Shown here one piece after another: positions 23,702-26,204 of a stretch of 26,204 bases of DNA. The DNA is from an uncultured Roseobacteraceae bacterium (GTDB taxonomy: Bacteria; Bacteroidota; Bacteroidia; Cytophagales; Flammeovirgaceae). Every line of letters starts with the position of its first letter. Within the stretch, counting starts at the first letter, position 1. The notes under the pieces were generated by a model. The model had not been told where the DNA came from. It worked only from the letters and a program-made list of their open reading frames with translations, and did no database searches. The translations under genes were made by a program, and so were the position numbers. The DNA is taken from the NCBI GenBank assembly GCA_964444995.1, contig CAYUJH010000001.1, forward strand, positions 1 to 26,204, read 5' to 3'.

Positions 23702-24385
23702 TTATAGCACTCGGCGTGCCTGTACGAATGTTTTGCGCCAATAGTCTGCAGCAAGGTCGTCCTCGCGAACGCCTTTGCTTGTAGAGGTGTGTATGAAGCG
23801 CACTTTCCCATTTTCTACACTGCTCACTACGCCCACATGATTGATTCTACGCGTATTTACGTGGGTAAAGAACAAAAGGTCGCCGCGCTCTACCTGTTTT
23901 ATATCTATTTTTTTACCTACTTTCGATTGCTCCTCCGAACTGCGAGGTAGGTTTACATTCACTTCCTTGAACGAGGTGAACACGAGTCCCGAGCAGTCTA
24001 TGCCGCGCCGCGACATGCCTCCGAGCCGATGCGGAGTGCCTAAGTACGAGCGAGCCGTGGAAAGTACAGTTTCTGCTTTTGCCACACGCGGTGCGCTGAC
24101 TGGCTTAGAAGAGGTAACGTCGGTAGGGGCTTCTACCTTCAGGACTTTGGTGGGTGAGACAGGTGAAACATCGTGCGTAGCGACACTTTGTGCCGTACCT
24201 GTTACGTCGCTAATTCGGACGGTTCGTCCTTTTTTTAGGTTTCTTTTTTCGATTTTCGAGACGGTACGGTCGAATTTGGCATTTGAAGGAGTGGTAGCAC
24301 AACTCGCTAATACCGCCAGATAGCTTGCTGCTAAAACAAGCACGGCGCTGCTATGAACGCAGCGCGGAAAGGTTAGATAAGTCAT
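23702..24385 (-). CDS. NlpC/P60 (C40) peptidoglycan endopeptidase lipoprotein
   Basis: Start re-called at ATG 24385. Lipobox LAS-C; ARSYLGTPHRLGG, catalytic GIDCSGLV, GDLLFF, NHVGVV, FIHTSTSKGV (Cys-His-His). Confidence 0.92.
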   Translation of the reverse strand: MTYLTFPRCVHSSAVLVLAASYLAVLASCATTPSNAKFDRTVSKIEKRNLKKGRTVRISDVTGTAQSVATHDVSPVSPTKVLKVEAPTDVTSSKPVSAPRVAKAETVLSTARSYLGTPHRLGGMSRRGIDCSGLVFTSFKEVNVNLPRSSEEQSKVGKKIDIKQVERGDLLFFTHVNTRRINHVGVVSSVENGKVRFIHTSTSKGVREDDLAADYWRKTFVQARRVL

Positions 24386-24447
24386 AGCGAATAGGGGGTT
24401 ATTTGGTGAATAATTGTTGGAAACACAGTGCGAAAAGCACTTTTTTA

Positions 24448-24455
24448 CAAATTTA
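24448..24455 (-). promoter_or_regulatory. Candidate -7 element (TAAATTTG) for the NlpC/P60 gene
   Basis: Reverse complement of CAAATTTA, about 60 nt upstream of ATG 24385; no clear -33 element. Confidence 0.4.
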
Positions 24456-24553
24456 CGGAAAGATTTTAAGTGCACGCCCGCCCGCACGGGGCATCTTAAA
24501 AAATAACTCAGGCGCACGGGCTATGAAAGTGCACCCAAAATTTGCGCCGAACT

Positions 24554-25594
24554 TTATAAAATGAAGCCTACCCCAATGTTAACGACGTAGCGAAACTGTA
24601 CGGCAGGCGCTCTTGTGCCGTCGTCGCGGCCGATGAGGATGTCCTCGTCGTAAATCATGCGCGAGGCGATGCGTGTGGTAAGAAATTTATTGACGCGCAT
24701 AACTATCTGCTGCTCCCAGTTCACGTCAACCGCCGTTAGGGTCATATAGTTGGCAAATAGATTTAGCTCGTTTTCAAACCGGACGTTTTGCATGACCGTT
24801 GTTTGGAACGAAGAATGCAGGTTTAGCCCCAACTCCGAGCGCATTTTTTCGCCAGCGGCTACTCCGAACGAGCCTTTTTTAGAGAGGGTATCGCTCAGCA
24901 CCGTGGTTAGCTTCCCCGCGATGGGCGAAAACATCCCCGAAAAAAGCGTTTTCTTTTCCGCCGATTTCACCCGGTACTCTACCCCGAAGGAGGAAGAAAA
25001 CAGCCCCGGCGAGAGGATATTGGATATCAGCGTAGCGCGGTCGCGGTCGGGCTCGTTGGGGTCTGGCGCGTAGTTGAACCCCTGCGAAACTTGCGTAGTA
25101 CAACGGGCAAAGCCCGAAACGTTCCACCGTTCGTGAAGGCGCGCACTGTATTGCGTATGCAACACCAAACGGTCGTCGGCCTTGCGAAATTCTTGCACGC
25201 TGCCTTGCCGTACGAAGCCGTAGTCGAACCGTATGCCGTTGAGCCACTGTGTTTTGCTTGTTTCGCGGTTTATGTTGTAGGTAAAATTTGTGCCGAGCGA
25301 GATGGCGCCTTCCCCACCTTCTGCCCAGTTTTCTAGGCCTACGGTCTGGAAAGTAAACGTAAGCGAGCCATCGGCTTTCCAAAACGAAAGTTTGGGTGCT
25401 TTTTTTACCTCCCACGCCTTGTAAGAAGTGTCGGGGGCGATGCGCGGGTCTTCAAGTCCCTGCTGAATAGGCGGCGGCGCAACGGGGTGCACACGCTCTT
25501 GCGCGCACGCAGTGCCTACGAATGCCGCCGCGACATACCAGAAAAAAAGAAAAACAAGGAAAAAAGTTATATGCCTATTAACAGAGTTAAACAT
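24554..25594 (-). CDS. DUF3078-type outer-membrane beta-barrel protein
   Basis: 346 aa, signal peptide ending ACA-Q. Recalled family motifs ENWAEGGE, W.NGIRFDYG, RKADDRL, TQVSQGFNY, LELFANY-like ELNLFANY, VNKFLTT, YDEDI; C-terminal alternating strand VNIGVGFIL. Confidence 0.85.
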   Translation of the reverse strand: MFNSVNRHITFFLVFLFFWYVAAAFVGTACAQERVHPVAPPPIQQGLEDPRIAPDTSYKAWEVKKAPKLSFWKADGSLTFTFQTVGLENWAEGGEGAISLGTNFTYNINRETSKTQWLNGIRFDYGFVRQGSVQEFRKADDRLVLHTQYSARLHERWNVSGFARCTTQVSQGFNYAPDPNEPDRDRATLISNILSPGLFSSSFGVEYRVKSAEKKTLFSGMFSPIAGKLTTVLSDTLSKKGSFGVAAGEKMRSELGLNLHSSFQTTVMQNVRFENELNLFANYMTLTAVDVNWEQQIVMRVNKFLTTRIASRMIYDEDILIGRDDGTRAPAVQFRYVVNIGVGFIL

Positions 25595-25598
25595 GTAG

Positions 25599-25606
25599 CA
25601 AAGTTA
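25599..25606 (-). promoter_or_regulatory. Candidate -7 element (TAACTTTG) only 4 nt upstream of the DUF3078 ATG
   Basis: Reverse complement of CAAAGTTA; the minus strand reads TAACTTTG-CTAC-ATG. Confidence 0.45.
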
Positions 25607-25894
25607 CTTGGATTCAACATGTCGTACCCCCAACGCATCGTTTTGGCAGAGGAGCGGCTTGCAACATATCAAAAATCAGGCAAACTAAACGCAAGAAAAT
25701 TCTTAAATTATCCTGTGATGTGTGTTTTTCTTGTGAATTTGTGAAAATCAAGCCAAATAAATTATACCAAATATTCATTTCATTTAAGGATTCATACGAT
25801 TTGATTTACTTGATTTTGAATGATTTATGAGGCCATTTCGCAAACTTCATACGTTTCGGTATAAAATATACCCCAAGAAAAAACCGCGCTATGC

Positions 25895-26204
25895 TCACAT
25901 TCGCCGAATTACCTCTCGCTTGCTTAGTAGCAGGCGCACTACGCCAAGTTGTCCACGGGCGGTGGTGTCGGTGAGGGGTAGGGGGGCGGAGTAGAGGAGT
26001 GTGTCGCCTTCGAGCGGCTGGAGGTTGTCTTCTAGGGCTTGCCCCGCTGCAAAACTGTATTGGTAGGCCTGCCATATGCGTTGCTCTTTCTCGTGGGCAT
26101 CGGCCGAAAGGGCGCATTCTAGGCTAATAGCCAAAATCGTAGGCGCAAGCGTAGCCGTATCGAGCGCGGGGCGGAGGTTTTGCCCACAGTTTTCGGGAGT
26201 CGCG
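25895..26204 (-). CDS. C-terminal part of a hypothetical protein (truncated at window end), weak resemblance to DUF3365/Tll0287-like domains
   Basis: The frame is open from the window end to the stop at 25895: ATPENCGQNLRPALDTATLAPTILAISLECALSADAHEKEQRIWQAYQYSFAAGQALEDNLQPLEGDTLLYSAPLPL...GQLGVVRLLLSKREVIRRM*. The track's TTG at 26134 is probably internal. Confidence 0.6.
   Translation of the reverse strand, partial: ATPENCGQNLRPALDTATLAPTILAISLECALSADAHEKEQRIWQAYQYSFAAGQALEDNLQPLEGDTLLYSAPLPLTDTTARGQLGVVRLLLSKREVIRRM

Noticed and set aside
24386-24517. 44-aa N-terminal extension of the NlpC/P60 ORF (and similar extensions of the propeller and PorE-like ORFs)
   Set aside because: Artefacts of longest-ORF calling; downstream ATGs give proper signal peptides and a -7 element lies inside the supposed extension.
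24468-24534. Direct repeat AAGTGCAC (24468-24475 and 24527-24534) and several GCAC words between DUF3078 and NlpC/P60
   Set aside because: Only 8 nt long and the irregular spacing gives no support for an operator; the nearby GC hairpin is weak.
25595-25894. AT-rich 300-nt gap as a horizontally acquired island or sRNA
   Set aside because: Comparable to other intergenic regions here; no stable structure, att site or transposase seen.

Overview
Bacteroidota chromosomal window, Cytophagales-like by ribosomal protein signatures, A-rich start regions without Shine-Dalgarno motifs, and TAnnTTTG promoter elements. It opens with the 5' part of a large exported hypothetical protein (minus strand, runs off the window, missing from the ORF track), then glmM and a lone IscS/NifS-type cysteine desulfurase. 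The ribosomal protein superoperon follows but begins abnormally at rplP: rpsJ-rpsC are absent, and a well-formed Bacteroidota promoter plus a structured leader of about 150 nt precede rplP. It runs rplP, rpmC (C-terminally extended), rpsQ, rplN, rplX, rplE, rpsN, rpsH, rplF, rplR, rpsE, rpmD, rplO, secY, infA, rpmJ, rpsM, rpsK, rpsD, rpoA, rplQ and an intrinsic terminator, followed by carA, a GT4 glycosyltransferase and aroQ. The last 9 kb is a minus-strand block of envelope genes: a partial unknown gene, a DUF3078-type outer-membrane barrel, an NlpC/P60 lipoprotein, a 7-bladed beta-propeller, a TPR/PD40/degenerate-OmpA (PorE-like) protein, a YfiR-family protein and a YfiN-like (CHASE8-HAMP) hybrid histidine kinase. 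The best candidates for undescribed biology are (1) a YfiBNR-like envelope-sensing module with a kinase instead of a diguanylate cyclase, a YfiR unable to form an intramolecular disulfide, and a neighbouring PorE-like protein, and (2) the S10 operon split between rpsC and rplP, with its own promoter and leader and an extended L29. All family assignments come from recognising motifs by eye; no database searches were run. No tRNA, rRNA, CRISPR array or mobile element was seen.
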